Shown here: piece by piece, positions 10,841 to 25,300 of the stretch
Numbering within the stretch: position 1 is the first letter of the stretch
How the letters are laid out: each line of letters starts with the position of its first letter
Source of the DNA: Euglena gracilis
Lineage: Eukaryota
NCBI GenBank assembly: GCA_039621445.1
Contig: CP154954.1
Location: 20,570,642-20,634,641, forward strand
DNA length: 64,000 nt
Direction: 5' to 3'
Notes under the pieces: model-generated
The model's database searches: none
Told to the model about the DNA's origin: nothing
What the model saw: the letters and a program-made list of their open reading frames with translations, nothing else
Translations under genes and position numbers: made by a program

Positions 10841-13800
10841 TAGATAGAGGCAGCGACCACCGTCTCCGGGGGTTGCCGCCGGGGCATCCCCCGGCGCCCG
10901 CCCCGCTCGCATAGACCGTGCCCCCTACTCCTGGTCCTGTTGGAGGCGCACCTCGTGGCGCTGCAACGTTGTGGCTGTGCTGGCGGACCGCATCCAAGTC
11001 CATCCTTCTCCCTCCTTTGGCCCCGTGTCGACGTCGTGTCCACGAACACTTGTTCAGCTGCTCCAGCCTCCACCCCCCCTTCCCCTGCAGCCTCGTTTCT
11101 TCGCCTGCACCCCCCTGTTTGGCCACCAAATAATATTTTTAAGGTTTTTTTTCAAATCTTTCAGGCATTTTGAGTCTTTCTTTTTTTAAAGGCTTTTTAG
11201 GCCATTCTCAGGCTGTTTAAAGGCGCCATTTTCCAGGGTGGCCCAAAGGGATGTCCGGGCATCGAACCAACGTTTTTGATTTTGCATGTGGTCCAAGGTC
11301 AAAAAAATCGAAAAAACACATGTTTTGAATTTTCACTGGATGGACCAGCGATGCCAGGAATCTTTTTCTTCCCCAGAGTAGGCCTGTTTCAGCCAAGAGT
11401 TTGCGATTTCATTTTTGCTAGGTCGGAGAAAATCATGTTGGCCCGAATTTTGTTTCTTCAAAAAGGCATTTTCTGGCATTTTACGGTATCTTGGCACAAA
11501 AATTTAAGGCCCCCTTTTAAGGTTTTAATGTTTGTTTTTAAGGCGCCTTGAAAATTATGATTCCTGTGGGTGACATCGAACAGGGACGCCTGCAGTGTGA
11601 AGCGAACAAAAATAATTTGTGGGCAGAGGCATATTTTAGAGAAAGAGGTGCTGTTGTTGTGGGGTTTTTGGATTTTGTTGCTGCACACCCAAGAAAATAG
11701 ATATTGTACAATAAAATAAATATTATTTTCAAAAGGAAATTGTGGCTTAAAAATACAAGGATGCACACCGCATTTAAGTCTAGGTGTGTATCCATTAACA
11801 CAGAGTCTAGGTGTGCATCCATTAACACAAAGTCCAAAAACCAGCACCACGGAAATTCCACAAAACGTGCAAGGGAAATACGTAGATATTCATTCAATGG
11901 GGGTGATGGATGTAATTGATGGTATTGGATCGAATCCTTGAATACGGGTGGATGCACCTCCGTTCGTCAATGACCAATGCATCACAGGGAGGGGGAAACC
12001 GCAAGCAAGCTGTATGAAATGGCGATGGCACACACAAGAAATTTTTGGGAAACTGCAGAGAAGTTGGCTTTCCAGAGAGATCGCTGCCTCACAGAACTTC
12101 GTGTATTTTCCCAGAAGATCACTTATCTGCTACCAAATAATTAGTTTGACATTTAATTTAATTAAAATAATTTAATTTTATTTTTAATAATTTTTAATCT
12201 GGTTTCTGAAATCAGACTAACCACACACCAACCACACGTCATCGCCCCCTGGTGCCCAGCTTCCAACACAGGGCACAGAACCTCCCCTCCTAATCATAGA
12301 GACCACAACCACCCCCGGGAGCCACAATAACCGTCCAAAATTTCAAGAAAAGACTGGGACGGGGAGGGGGGTGAATGCGCACCTGCGCATTCACTGGGCA
12401 CCATAAAGCAGGGGGGACAGCGACAGGTGCAACGGCTTCATCTGACCAGGGTTCATCCCTGCGATACAGCGTTTCCTGTCGCACCTCCTGCGGCAGACAG
12501 GGGTTTTCCCTCGGTCAGCGGAAGTGGTAAACCGTCATTTTCAAAACGAAAAAGGCCGGTTTACCCAGGAAAAAACCCAGGGGTCGAAGGTAGGGGTACC
12601 CACTTCGGTATCACGGGTTTCAGCTGACAGGTGAGCCGCCCCGTGAAGTGATGGCAACACAATTGGTAAAAAAAGAATGCGCAGGTGCGCAAAAAACCAC
12701 CAAGAAAAGTGCATTCCCGGCTGTCTAAGAATCTACAACCCACCCACCCACCCAACCACCTGCACCTTCATGTCCACACACAAACAGGAGCCAAAAAAGG
12801 AAGAACCTCCGCAGCTTGTGGTGCCAGTATCTGCAGCCCAGACCCCATCCCAATCCCATATCCCCAGCGACGCCCACTTCAAAATGAAGGGAGTGCTAAA
12901 AGGCCAAAGTTCATTTCGAAACACCATGATTGGAAAACTAACTCACAAAGGACGGTCGTCTTAAAGAACTTTCACACGCTGTCACACAGGTGGTCCCACA
13001 GGGTGATGTGTCGTGGTGCCTATGAGAAGGCGAATGCAGAGCGGGCACCGTGCATGGCTGCTATGCCTGCGTGTGTTTTGGAGGGGGGCAGTGCACCGTG
13101 TGGAATGCAAACAGCAGGCTCCCTGAGGCAGGGCACCAATCCCTCCTTACAACACCTGGCATGGGTTTAAATACACCGTCACCCACCACTCTCTGGGTCT
13201 GACGGTTGGGATGGGGTGCTGGGTATGGAGGGGGGGGGGTGCTGGCTTGCACTCCTTTCTTGTGTGTCACTGGTTCCTAAAGCTCCGGAGCGGAACCCCG
13301 CTTCAACCCCTTTTGCCACAGACTGCACCCTCCAGAACAACCCCTCACAAACAATATAAAATGACTCCTCTCGAGGTTGCATGAGGCACAAGAGTGCGCA
13401 CGTGCGCACTCTTGGGGCCATTCCTTCGTTGGCTGGGTGTGATTCTATCTGCAGGAGAGCAGGAGGGGAGCAGCACTGGGCATCCACAAGAGTGCTCACC
13501 TGCGCATTTCGTGAGGGGGAGCGCGCATGTGCGCATTCTCTGTGTTGTGGGGAGCTGTGTCTCGCACTCCTGAACCCAGTGTTGTCATGGTGCACCGCTG
13601 TCCTTTTTGTTAGCGCATCTCATTACAGGTGGATGCCACCAGAGTAGGCTGTACGTCTCTTGGGCTGTCCCTCCACCTTGTATGCTGAATTGTTAGACAT
13701 GGCCTTGTGCGGCAATCTCCTGCCAGGGTGCATTAATGGGAGACACAAGACGGAGTATGTGGGCATTCACCCCAATGTGCTGTGTTTGACTGCAGCCATT

Positions 13801-16113
13801 GCAGATGGGGTGCATGGAGAAAGTGTGCGTATGTGTGTTCTCCTTGGTCTTCACAGCGGCCAGTGGTGGTGTTGTGTTCAGTGCTGGAGCGTCGAGTCTG
13901 AGTACATGATAAATAAGGGTTCTGTGTGGTGGGTGACATTTGCTGCCAGCAAGGCCACAGGTGGTGGTCCTCCTCTTCCGAGTTTCGCTCCAGGGCTGCC
14001 TCGTCCTCGGACACCATTCGATCCTCGCAGAGAGGTATACACTTCAGCCGTGTGGTTTCAAACCCAGGCCAGGCGGGGGGAGGTGGTGTGGTTGGTGGCA
14101 GGCCCACCTGGGAGTGCAAAAATTCAGCAGTGTGGTTGTAATTTAAAGAGAGCCACAGGACGCTTTTTTTTGTGCATGTGCGCATTCACCGGCTTTTTAC
14201 TCATGCCATGAACGACTGCTGACCGCAGTTGGGAATATGGGTGCCTGCCACTGAGGAATTTCTTCGGTCACTGAAGTCCCTTTCTCACCTGTTTTCCCAT
14301 GGTGTGACACAGTGGAATACACAGAAAAAGCAGAACGGCAAACATTATTGGGTTTACCCGGAGGTTTTTTTTATGATGTGCTTGTGCCTGACTCACGGTC
14401 TCAAGGACCTGGATAATTTTTTTTGGGCAAGGATTGACCAATGGTGTTCGCTTCTTTGAGTCCATTTGGATTGTGAAATAGTTCTGTGTTTACAGACCGT
14501 CTTTGGGAGCAAGGTCAAAGGTGGCGATGGGTGTCTTTCGCTCTCGAGGTGCCAACCCAGTGAGCACTGTGTATGTGGAACCAGACACAATCCCCTGCGT
14601 TGCCCCTCCTTGCACCGTGCACTGCAGTCCAACGTAAGGTTGTTCAGGGTGACCATTGGCTGTGTGCTGCCATGCATGCTCTGGGGCGTGGGGTTAAACA
14701 ACACTGGCAGCAACCGGCCCTTCACCTCCGACAGGTGGGGGACGGTTGCAAGTGTTTTGTTACATGCTCCACACGTTCATAAGAGCAGCGCAGGCTGGAC
14801 TGGGCAGTGGACTGCGTAGACAGGTGCGCATTCTGATTTGTTCAATGACTTGAGCTGCAGGGGGGCAGTTCCCTTGTCATTGAAGGACATGAATTGGTGC
14901 TTTGAGACCTGCTGTCACCGAGCCCAGGGTTTTCCACGCCGCTGCAGGTGTCGTATTTCACGGCGTGGCCTGGTACAGCGACATTGTTGCCAAGGGTGAT
15001 TTGTTTGGTTCATCTCCCCCTCACGCACCCATGTTCTGCAAGCCCAAAACCACATCATAGCGGTGCACAACTTGGATTCAAGGCAATACCCATTGCATCC
15101 TTCAACATCATGCGCGTGTGTGCATTCCCCCTTCCCACAGCCTGCGTCCATTCAAAAAAATGCACACCTGCGCATTCTTTTGGGTTTCCAAAAAATGCTC
15201 AGGTGCTCAGTGACACACTTGTTTTGACCTTGGGAGGACTGTCTCTCTATGGCTGCAAGGAGTTCCTTCCCATGCTCATCCCGGGTTCACCAGGCCCTGT
15301 CCCCCGGAAGCCATCAGGACACATCGGTAAACACAAGGTGGCACACTATGGTCCAGGTTGGCCTGCGTCGCCCGTGTTCCGCATGTCGTGTAGAGTGTGC
15401 CGAGTGTGTGTCCAGCCACGCACTGTACCACAGTCGTTGTGCAACAGCTGCAAACAGCATGATACACAGTTGAAGCAGTATACACAGGGGCGGTCCCTGT
15501 GGTCGTGTAACATCCAAAAAACTCATTTTTGGATTCAGACCGGTGTTTTCACCCAGTCTGGAAGAGGAACGGAACCGTCCGGAATGCGCACCAGGTGACT
15601 TCGCTTCCGGAATGCGTGGATGCACATTTTCACTAAAACTGTCAGTTCATTTTGTGACTGAACAAGAAAAGTGCATTCCCAGCCGTCCAAGAGATTTGCT
15701 TTTTCAGACTTAGTTTAGGTGGTCGATTTCATTTCAGCCTTTTCATCTTCCTATGTTCAAGTTTTCAAAAAAATTTCTCAGCGTTTGGGTCCAGATCCAG
15801 GGTTTTGAACTGCTCTCTCCGCGTGTCGATTTTCAAGATTTTCCCGACAGACCATTTGTGCAATTAGGACCGACATTTTTTTTTTAAATAAAAGGCACAG
15901 TACATGGTATTTTGTAAGGCTTACTCTCTTCCTAAAATCGTTCCAGAGACGTCCTGTATTGATAAAGCATGGGATGTCATGAGGAAACACATATGCCAGG
16001 TGTTTGTGCCTGTATGCTGTGGTGACACCCGGTCTAGCCGGTGTGGGGTGTCTTAACAGTCATTTGAACTTCCCTGGGCGGTTCTAGGGGCACCAGACCA
16101 CGCAACGTTATAG

Positions 16114-16273
16114 CCCCCCCCCCCCCCGGGAAACTGTCGTGCCAGAGAACCTGTCAGGGTCCCGCCCGGGAAACTGTCAGGGTCCCATCACTGGCCAACC
16201 TGTCACGACAGGAAGTTGTCAGGGTCCCCGGCACCGGCTGACCTGTCAGGTGACAGTTTCCCGGGGGGGGGGG
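16114..16273. mobile_element. TA-flanked MITE, second copy
   Basis: Same TIR and internal AACCTGTCAGG repeats as 10726-10840. Confidence 0.8.
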
Positions 16274-16328
16274 TATGGGCCCCTCACTGCTTCCTGGTGA
16301 CGTCTGCAGTGACTCCCGCACAACTGTT

Positions 16329-19300
16329 ATGGACGCCTCCATCCTGCACCTGCTGGCCCAGGCTCTACAGGGGCCGGCTGGTGGCCAGACTCAGCGCTTC
16401 ACGGGAAAGTGGACCTTCATCGACCGGCTGAAGAGCGTGGACTGCAACCAGGATGACACCGTGGCATGGTGGGCAACCACCGGCGGCCTCCCCTTTGATG
16501 CCTGTCCCTGCGGCAGTCTCAACCATCCATTTGTCTGCAATGAACACCAAATGGTGCCGCACAATGAATTCCAATTCGACACACCACACCACACCACACC
16601 GTATACTACTGTGATGTTGCTTGTGTTGACCAGTTTGCCATTCCCAACTTCAAATATCCCTCCCCAAAAAGAGGACCAGAAAGTCTCAGAACCACAAACA
16701 AAATTTTAATGTATTTCACCTTGGATGTACGTTTTTATTTCACCCCAAGAAGTGAGTTGCTAAGTGATCAAGATAAGGCATTTGGCCACCTGGTCACATG
16801 GTAGAATCTGTCACATGGTAGAATTTGTCACATAGTAGAATTTGTCACATGGTGGAATTTGTCACATGGCAGAATTTGCCACACGGTAGAATTTGTCACA
16901 TGGTAGAATTTGCCACATGGTAGAATTTGCCACATGGTGGAATTTTGTTGTCGAATTCACCCCCTCCACCCCCCGGTGCCAACCTGGAGGAAGGCCGGTT
17001 GGTGTTTTCGCCCGAAAGTTCCTACTGAAAAGGCAAAGAAAAGGCAAATGCCGGTGCTTGGCGCCGTGTCAAGTCCTGGGACTCCACCACCCCGACGCGG
17101 CAGGTCTTCCCGGCCAGCGGGCAGTACTCCATCCAGTGGGAGGTCCGCCAGATGGACTACGACCGGAGGTTCGCGGTCGGGGTGCTGCCCGAAAGCACGG
17201 CCCTGGACATGTGTGGCTTCCAGGGCAATGGGAAGAGTTGCCTCCTGTTGGCTTTCCATTGGTTCCCAGAATGCCAGGCGGATTCAACCAGTTCCAAGTG
17301 TGGGGTTCAGGAACACCCTGGACGATCAAGGTTTGTATCTCAGTTTTTGCCACAGAAATTTCACTCCAGAAATTTTTTGCTAGGCTAAAGTTTGGGGCAA
17401 ACCATCTCTGCTGTAACTATTGAGGTGGTTTCCCCTCCCCGGGCCCAGCGTTGATCTCGAAAGCCTTATGGGTGGACCTTCTTCCGCCTGCCAGAGGTCT
17501 TCAACCTTTTCCACAATTTTTCGAAAAGTTTCTTCAAAAAAACTACTTTTACTTGAATATTGTTAATATCATATACTGATTTTGTTAAAATCAGTATATG
17601 ATATTAACAATATTCATGCCAATTTTGGAGGCGATTCCTCAAATGATGCCTGAAGATTCAAGTTTCGTTGTTGGTGCCCCAATTTGATTCTAATATCACA
17701 ATGTTTACGGACAAAAAATCGACCCAGCGCCATCCTCTGTTGTTTTAATTTCAGCACCCTAATCCCACCCCCCACCAAATAGGACCCCGCATCAACCTTT
17801 GTGGTTGCTGATAATCCCAAGACGGTGATTTTTGGGGGGTGGGAGGGTCCACTCTTTGGATTTTTGCTGAAACTTCAGACAAAAAACATCTTCCCACAGG
17901 AGAGATCTCTCCAATTTCTTTTTTGGTTTTTTTTGCTTCCAAATATTGGTCAACCTTTGACCGATATCGCCGACTTTCATCTCCAATTTCAAACTCGGCC
18001 ATTTTTTAAGCCCCCTCCCCCTATGTCAGCTGCTGCTGCCGCCTCGTCCACCCGGCATTGCTCTGCCCCCAACAATTTCCTTGGCGCTGAGAGCCTGTCG
18101 GGTAGCATCGGTTTCGTGTTCACAAACGAGGGCGGGCAGTTCATGACCGCTGGCGAGGCTGAGACGTGATGTAAGCCATTCTCTGCTGGTCTGTGAAATT
18201 GCATAGAGCTGACTGGATTGAGTGACATGGTATGGTCCAAGACCTACACCCTGAGACGACTACACCCTTTCACCACTCTTTACCGAAATGCACCCTGACT
18301 TCTCAGAATCAATCTGCTTTTATTATTATTATTGAGCATTCCGTAAAGCCCTACCCAGGACGCCCCCAAAGATCGGGGTTTTTAGCACATTTGGCATTTT
18401 TGGGGGCAAGGAATGTGTCCAAAGCATTTCTGGGTCGATTACCCTCCCAAATAGATTTGCCCGCCTGCAAAGTTAGTGGACTGATCATTTTAGTCCCAAC
18501 CCCATGCAAAGTTATTTGGGCAGTACCAAAAACCATCGATGGACCGATTCTCCACGTTTCCTAAAACAAGTTTTTTGTTGTTGTCATATGGTGTTCATAA
18601 ATGTTTGTACATATGTGCTTCTATTCATCAAGTCATAGATTATTTGGCATTTCAGATCATTTTTTGTGCTTGCTACCTCCTCGTTTAAAAAAGATGCATC
18701 ATTTTTCACGATTGAAAAAGGGGGGCAAAGGTATTTGGACCGATCATCTTTGGCAGAATTCTCAAACACGCAAAGCTTTAGGGCACTGCAACGTCATTTG
18801 GCGGGAGTTTAGGCCATGCTGCTGTGGGGGAGGGGCTCCCCCCTTGACTGGTGGGGTCCAGACCTTGAACCCCCATCCACCAGAGTCTCGGCCTCTCTGG
18901 GGCAAGTCCTTCGGGCCCAAGGGCCCAGCAGTGAAGGCAGGCAGCACGGTGTCGGTGTCCGTGGCCAACGGCAGTCTGACCGTGACCGTGGATGAGGGCG
19001 TCGCTCAATGCGGGAGTCGGGGGCCTGTCACCCGAGGGCAGGGGGTGCAGTCAGCCAGCAGCCGTTTTTCAAGCCTTCGACCCCCCTCCCATCCACGAGG
19101 TTCTTTTTTTTGTTGTTTTCCGGCCGCCTGACGGTGTGCCAGGCAGCTGAACATCAGTGGATCATTTCCCTGCAGAGTGCACACATATGAACCACAAACC
19201 GGCAAACATGGGTCGGGGAACAGGGCTGCAACACGGCTGGCCAGGGCCCATGCTGGGTCAGCCTGCAGCCGGCCCCAACATTCCAGCCCCTGAGCTGCCC

Positions 19301-22300
19301 CCCCCCCCCCACTGAGCGCATGCCCTGCCGTGGACGGCAAGCCACTCCCGCCGGTGACAGGCAAGGCCAGGGCTGCGTGGCGGGGTTGCTTCCCCGTTGG
19401 GTTACACAGTACGCTCTCCAGTTTTCCGGACATGTTAACCGATCCCTGTTCTCCTGCCCCCCCCTTTCTGTGGGTGACCAATCTCTCAACGGAGCCCAAC
19501 CAGGGCCATGATTATTTAGACACACCACAGTGATTCATCCGAAGGCAGAAAACAAAGGGCAGCAGTTTTTTCAAATATCTGTTTTCCCCAGGTTTTTTTT
19601 GGTGATTTGTTGACCGACGTTTTTTTTTTAGGCCTAATTTCAAAATCTGTTCCATCCCACACAGCCTGCCAAAAAGGGATGGCTTTCGGGCCCAGCTTGC
19701 CCCCTGGTCGCGACCCAGCGCCATCCTCAGTTAATTTAACATAAGCCGGACCCCGGGACATCTTTTACATTTGTTGATAATCCCAAGGCGATGATGATCT
19801 TTTGTTGGGAGGGTCCACCCTTTGGATTTTTGCTGAAACTTCAGACAAAAAACATCTTCCCACAGGAGAGTCCAAGGCTAGGCTTTTCACTGGGGTCGTT
19901 TTCCTCTGAAAATGACTTCTTTCCGCAAAGGGGAAGAGTGGAAGGCAAGGAGGCTTTCCTCAAAGGGGAAGGCCAGTGGTACTTATTGCTTTCCTCCTTG
20001 CCCTTTGCTCTCTGCTACCCTCTGTAATCTGTCCATCATATCATCCTCGGCATCCCATCCCTTTCTGTGGTTTATCGGCCTTTGAGGTCCGTTAATTAGA
20101 GAAGAGGTTGCAGATGTGGGGCCGACTGGCACGCTGCACAATAACCCCCCCTCACTTATAAACCCCCGGGGTTTATAGGATCCGGTTTGGTTGGTCGGCC
20201 GAAGGGGGGTTTATAGGTGGGGGGGGGGTTATACGTGGGGGGTGGGGTTTATGTTACCGTCCTAGAGGCCAGGAGGATGATAAGCACTAGCAAAAAGTGC
20301 ATGCCTGCAACCTGCTGAAAGCTGGATTCCTGTGGTGTCTGCAACAAGGTGGGCCACAAAAACATGTTTGAACGGATGGGGCACCTAAGAGGACTGAAGA
20401 CGCAAGATTTTAAGATACTTTTTTTCCACAGTCCCAAAATGGCCGAAGAAATGGCCAATGCTGACCCCAACAATTCCAGAAAATGACTAGCAACTGGCCA
20501 AAGCTGACAAAATGGACAAAAACTTGACATCCTTCCAGAAGTGATTTTTTTAAAAAATCTGAAAAAAGCCTGCAAATTTTGCACAACTCAAAAAATGATC
20601 CTTCAAAATTCCACAGTATATTGCAAAATTGTTCTGCATTGTAAGTGTGTGGATGGATGTTTTCTGGAAAGGAAAAAATAAAATGACAAAACCGGACACT
20701 CGCTGAAAATCCGCCGAAAACGCTGAAACAAAATAGGTGGCGGGTTGGGCAGATTTGTGTGAACGCCGACCACAAGTCCAACTCGTCTCTGCTAGTGCGA
20801 AGCCCTGCTTGAGATGGCTGGAAGCTATCGCTTCGCTGTCTCCCTCTGTGCCAAAGACCAAAAGGTGGCAAACAATGTCCGGCCAGATCTGGTGTGACAC
20901 AAATGCCTGGATCAGGCTTCTTGTTCAAGGAAGCTCGCCCCCCCCCCCCCCAGGTGGGTTCTGTGGGCAGGCAGGGGAGGTTGGGCATTTTCGCCCCCCC
21001 CCCCCTCGGGGGTTGGGTTTTGGGGTGGGTAGTGCTATGGTGCACCCCGTGGCGCCGAAGGTGCCGGGGCTCAAAAATGGCCCTTTTCGTGGGATAATTG
21101 GCAGGCACTGGTGGCTGAAACCGACCCCCCCCCCTCCTGGGGGGGGTGGCTTCTATGGGCAGGCACCCCAGAGCACAAGGCACCCTCCCCCGAGGTTGGT
21201 AAAAAAGAAGCCTTATCTGGACACTTTCCAGCCGTTTTTTTCTTCCCCACCAACTGTTCCAAGGGTTCCACCATGGGGGCAGTGGTATCCTCTGGTGCCA
21301 AATTTTGCCTCCTTTCTGCCATTATCCCTCCTGTCTCCCAAAATGTCACTTAAAATGCGAAAGCCAAAGTTTTGTGTCATGATGGATGGGCCACGCTCCC
21401 GGGGATATCCTGACCCCAACCTGGTGCAACGTTCAACCCCACACCTACCCCAACGCCCCTAAACAGGAACAGGAAACTGATCCGGGAGGTCAAAACCATC
21501 GGGGGGGGGGCAGCCGGCCGGCCGTTGCGGGCAATCGCGGGGGGCCAGGGGGAGACGGGAGGCAGCCTGGAAGGGGCCGCACTGGTGGGCTGTAAGGTCA
21601 CAGCGAAGGCGGAGGCGGAGGTGTTTGCGGCGGTCTGCGCATTGCAGCCGGGCATCGGCCCGGCGGACCTGCAGAAGCTGCGGCTGTTCTCGGGGGCGGT
21701 GGCCAGCCAGGGGTTTATTCCGCTGGTTGCTCGCCGAGGGGTTGCGTTGGGAAAAGGCAAGGATGAGGATCATACGAGCTCTTTTTCATGTTGCCGAATA
21801 ACATGCATTTCCGTTCGAGGGCTGCCATTCCCTTTGCCTGGATTGCCTGTTCCAAGGGTTGTATTTCTCCAGTGTACTCGCAGATTCCTGAAATATTCAT
21901 CAGGGTCCGGTATGCTTCTCTCAGCTCTCCAGTAAGTTCAAAAAAATGTTGGCCTGCCGGGTGCTTGGGGGTTTGACAGCAGTGCATTGCATACGAAGAA
22001 CCCCTGGTCCTGGCAAGACTGGGGTGATCCGGAGGTTCGACGACTCTGACAACGCAAAGGCCCAAACTGCTCTCGTTGGTGGGTTGAGGTGGCTGATGGT
22101 TGTGTGCTGCACTGTGGCGGCAGGGAATTTCTTAAGCTGCACCCCAGCCTACCCCCCCCCCCTCTCTCTGGGTGGTCCAGCCTGCCAGCACCTTGTTTTC
22201 AGCCAACAGCCCCCAGCCAGCCTGCTTTCTTTCTCCCATCCCTCCCCCAGGTTATAAAGTTTTTTCAGGCAGGAAAAGCCAGGCTGGACCGAAAAATCCT

Positions 22301-25300
22301 GTGCACAAAGCGCCGCAGTTTCTCAAGACAGACAGAAGGGGTTTTGGGTTTTTTTTATTGGTCTGAATGTGTTGTTTTATTACTTCCCCATGGGGAAGGG
22401 TGATACCTGGGGCAGGCGCTTGCTGGGCTTATCCCCCTGGGTCGTTAAGAAAATCCTCGGCCAGCTCTGTTATTTCCCAATGCCAAAACCTTGTCATGGA
22501 TGCTTGCAGCCGCTCACTTCATCACGCGCGCGCATGTGTGTGTGTGTTGTGTGTGTGTGTGCGTGTGTGTCTGTGTGTGTGTGTTGTGTGTGTGTGTGTG
22601 TGTGTGTGTCTGTGTGTTGTGTGTGTGTTGTGTGTGTGTTGTGTGTGTGAGTGAGAGAGAGAGAGAGAGAGTGTGTGTGTGTGTGTGAGTGAGTGAGTAA
22701 GTGTGTGTGTGTGTGTGTGTGTGTGCAGCATGCTTGCGTGGCGAAGCGTGGGCCTTGCCCCACGTACCTGGTGGACATGGGATCACACGAGCAACCGTGG
22801 CTGCTCAGAAACTGCTTCACATTGTGTTCGGGTGACCAGGGCTCATTCCTTACCAAACTTTGTTGCCCCATGGCGAGTGGTCACCAGGGTTCGAAGTATG
22901 TATGTATGGATGTATGTATGTATGTATGTATGTATGTATGTATGTATGTATGTATGTATGTATGTATGTATGTATGTATGTATGTATGTATGTATGTATG
23001 TATGTATGTATGTATGTATGTATGTATGTATGTATGTATGTATGTATGTATGTATGTATGTATGTATGTATGTATGTATGTATGTATGTATGTATGTGTG
23101 TGTGTATCATACATATAGTATAGATATATATATATATATATACAGTATATAAACATGTATACATATATATATACACACACACACATATATATATATATTA
23201 TATATATATATGTTGCAGTTGAATTCTATTTGGCCCCAGGCCCAGTTGAAGTTCCAGAGAGTCCAAAATTTTTTTGTGTTATTGATGGAGCAGGGTTAGG
23301 GTTAAGAGTTCGGCTTTTCTTTTCTTTTGGCCTAACTTGTACATCCAACACGCGTCCATAAGTCCATAAGGCCGAACTCCTAACCCTGGCCTTTTTCCAT
23401 CCATAACCCAATATTTTTTTTTGCGGACCTCCCTGGAGCTTCTGCTTGCCCCCCCGGGGGGGGGGCAAACAGAAGCTTGCTGCCAGATATTTATGCATGT
23501 CTACACATATATTGCATCTGGAACGTTGATCTTTCGTTGCAAAGATGTTTGTCAGGCCGTGCCCCGGGGAGTGCCTGGGTCAAGGCCTCTCCCCTCTTCA
23601 CATGGGGAGGGCACTGGCGCTCGGGCTGAGTTGATTCTCTGGGACAGGCAGATGCCCTCCGTTATTGGGGCGATCCACTGAATTTTCGACCCCATAAGTG
23701 ACCCCTGAAGGGGTGCCCGCCCAGTCCCCCCTGCCTCCCAGGGTTCAGCGAATGGGTGGCTGCTGAACTCCCCGTCCTTCAAAACACCTTAGAGGGGATG
23801 GTCAGCATTGGATGATCCCTGTCGACCAATCGGACATGCCCGAAAGGGCATCCGCTTCAGGAGTTTGTCACGGCCACCAACTCTTTCAACTGCGATGCCT
23901 GCCACCGTGGGTTCCCGACTGGCACGCGTATGTTTGGCTGCCGCCAGTGCAATTACGACGAGTGTGAGGTCTGCATTGTCGGCAGCAGCCAGGGCAAATC
24001 CCTGGCTTTCCGAGCATGTAATGATTTTGTGTCCGAAGTTGGAGGTGGGAGTCAGGGAATTTCTTAAGCCAGACCCCGCCCCACCCCCCATCTTTGGGCC
24101 ATGGCGTGATGACGCTGTTCCCGATTTAGGAGATATGAAGGGGGAAATGGTTCTGAATGTCTTTCCAAGTCTAGCTTTGTTGTCTAATATTCTATCTCTG
24201 TGCCTTCGACCAAGGAAGGCAACCCTGAAGGGCTTGCTTGCTGCTGGCAGAGGCGCAATAAACTGGCTGGCACGGCGGGGGGGGGGGCAAATCACGGGGG
24301 GCAAATCACGTCAGTCGAAAATCAATTGTGGGTGTCGACCCAGCCACCCACAGGCACTACCCCAGGCGAGGTCGGTCGCGCCTTGAACTTCAACTTCAGT
24401 GCCGGCCAGTCTCAGGCTGTTGGGGGCATTGCTCAACCAGGGGAGGCGTGGCATACGGCAGGGCAGCCTTGTGGGCCCAGCAAGGTGTGCTTGAAGGGGC
24501 ACCCACTGATCGGGTTCAACACTGGCCAGCCTGCGGCTTGCGTGACCCAACGGGGTCCACGCACCCTCATTCTGTGACGTGCGGAGTGGGGGTTGCATTT
24601 GATGGTTTTGGCAGCCCTGTCAATTGTCCGCAGCCAATTGGATGTTATAATCTTTTCAATAGGTCATTTCAAGTGCGATTAACGGGGACCCTGGCGTTGC
24701 ACCGCCGCGCTGGGCGGCTGCGGGCCGTGGTCTGGTGTGTATCCTTGGCTCTTGCCCGAGGGGGCTGACTGATCGCACGAGATTCACGTTCGACCATCTC
24801 CAGCATTCCCCGAGGGGCCGTCCCGGAAGTGGCAAGGTGCTTAGACATTCTGTTCCACAGGTGAACCACAGAAAGAACACGGGAATCTTTCCACACAATC
24901 TGGTGCTTCCCGAAAGCTGTGTTATGTGGGACCAGGGGTTTTTTTTTAGTCGTGGATTCCCAGGGGGTGAGCCGACCAGGCCGAGCCCCCCCCCCCCCGG
25001 CCCCCCAGGGGGTGGGATGTACTTTTGATAAAGGGGTTATTTTTAGCATTTTCGCGATTTTTGGCCATTTTCAGGGGAAAATGGGTGGGTCCCCCGCCCC
25101 CCCCCCCCCCCAGGAGGGAGTGGGTGGGTTGGGAGGACCACCCCGGTCAAGCCGTCGCCCTGCCGCCGAAACTTCGACGTGGTCGTGTAGTGTCTGCGGG
25201 CAGAAGGTCCCGAAGGGGACGCGCCTCTTCGGCTGCCGGCCATGCGACTATGACGAGTGCGAGGCGTGCGTCCGCAAGGGCCTCGCGGCGCACCAGCCGG

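Noticed and set aside
16793-16945. Regular repeats here and at 36844, 52368 and 60145 as CRISPR arrays
   Set aside because: Head-to-tail units with no unique spacers, no cas genes, and a eukaryotic context.
22369-23186. ORFs such as (CV)n, (MYVC)n, poly-Met (39711-40259) and (ISYHI)n
   Set aside because: Translations of microsatellites.
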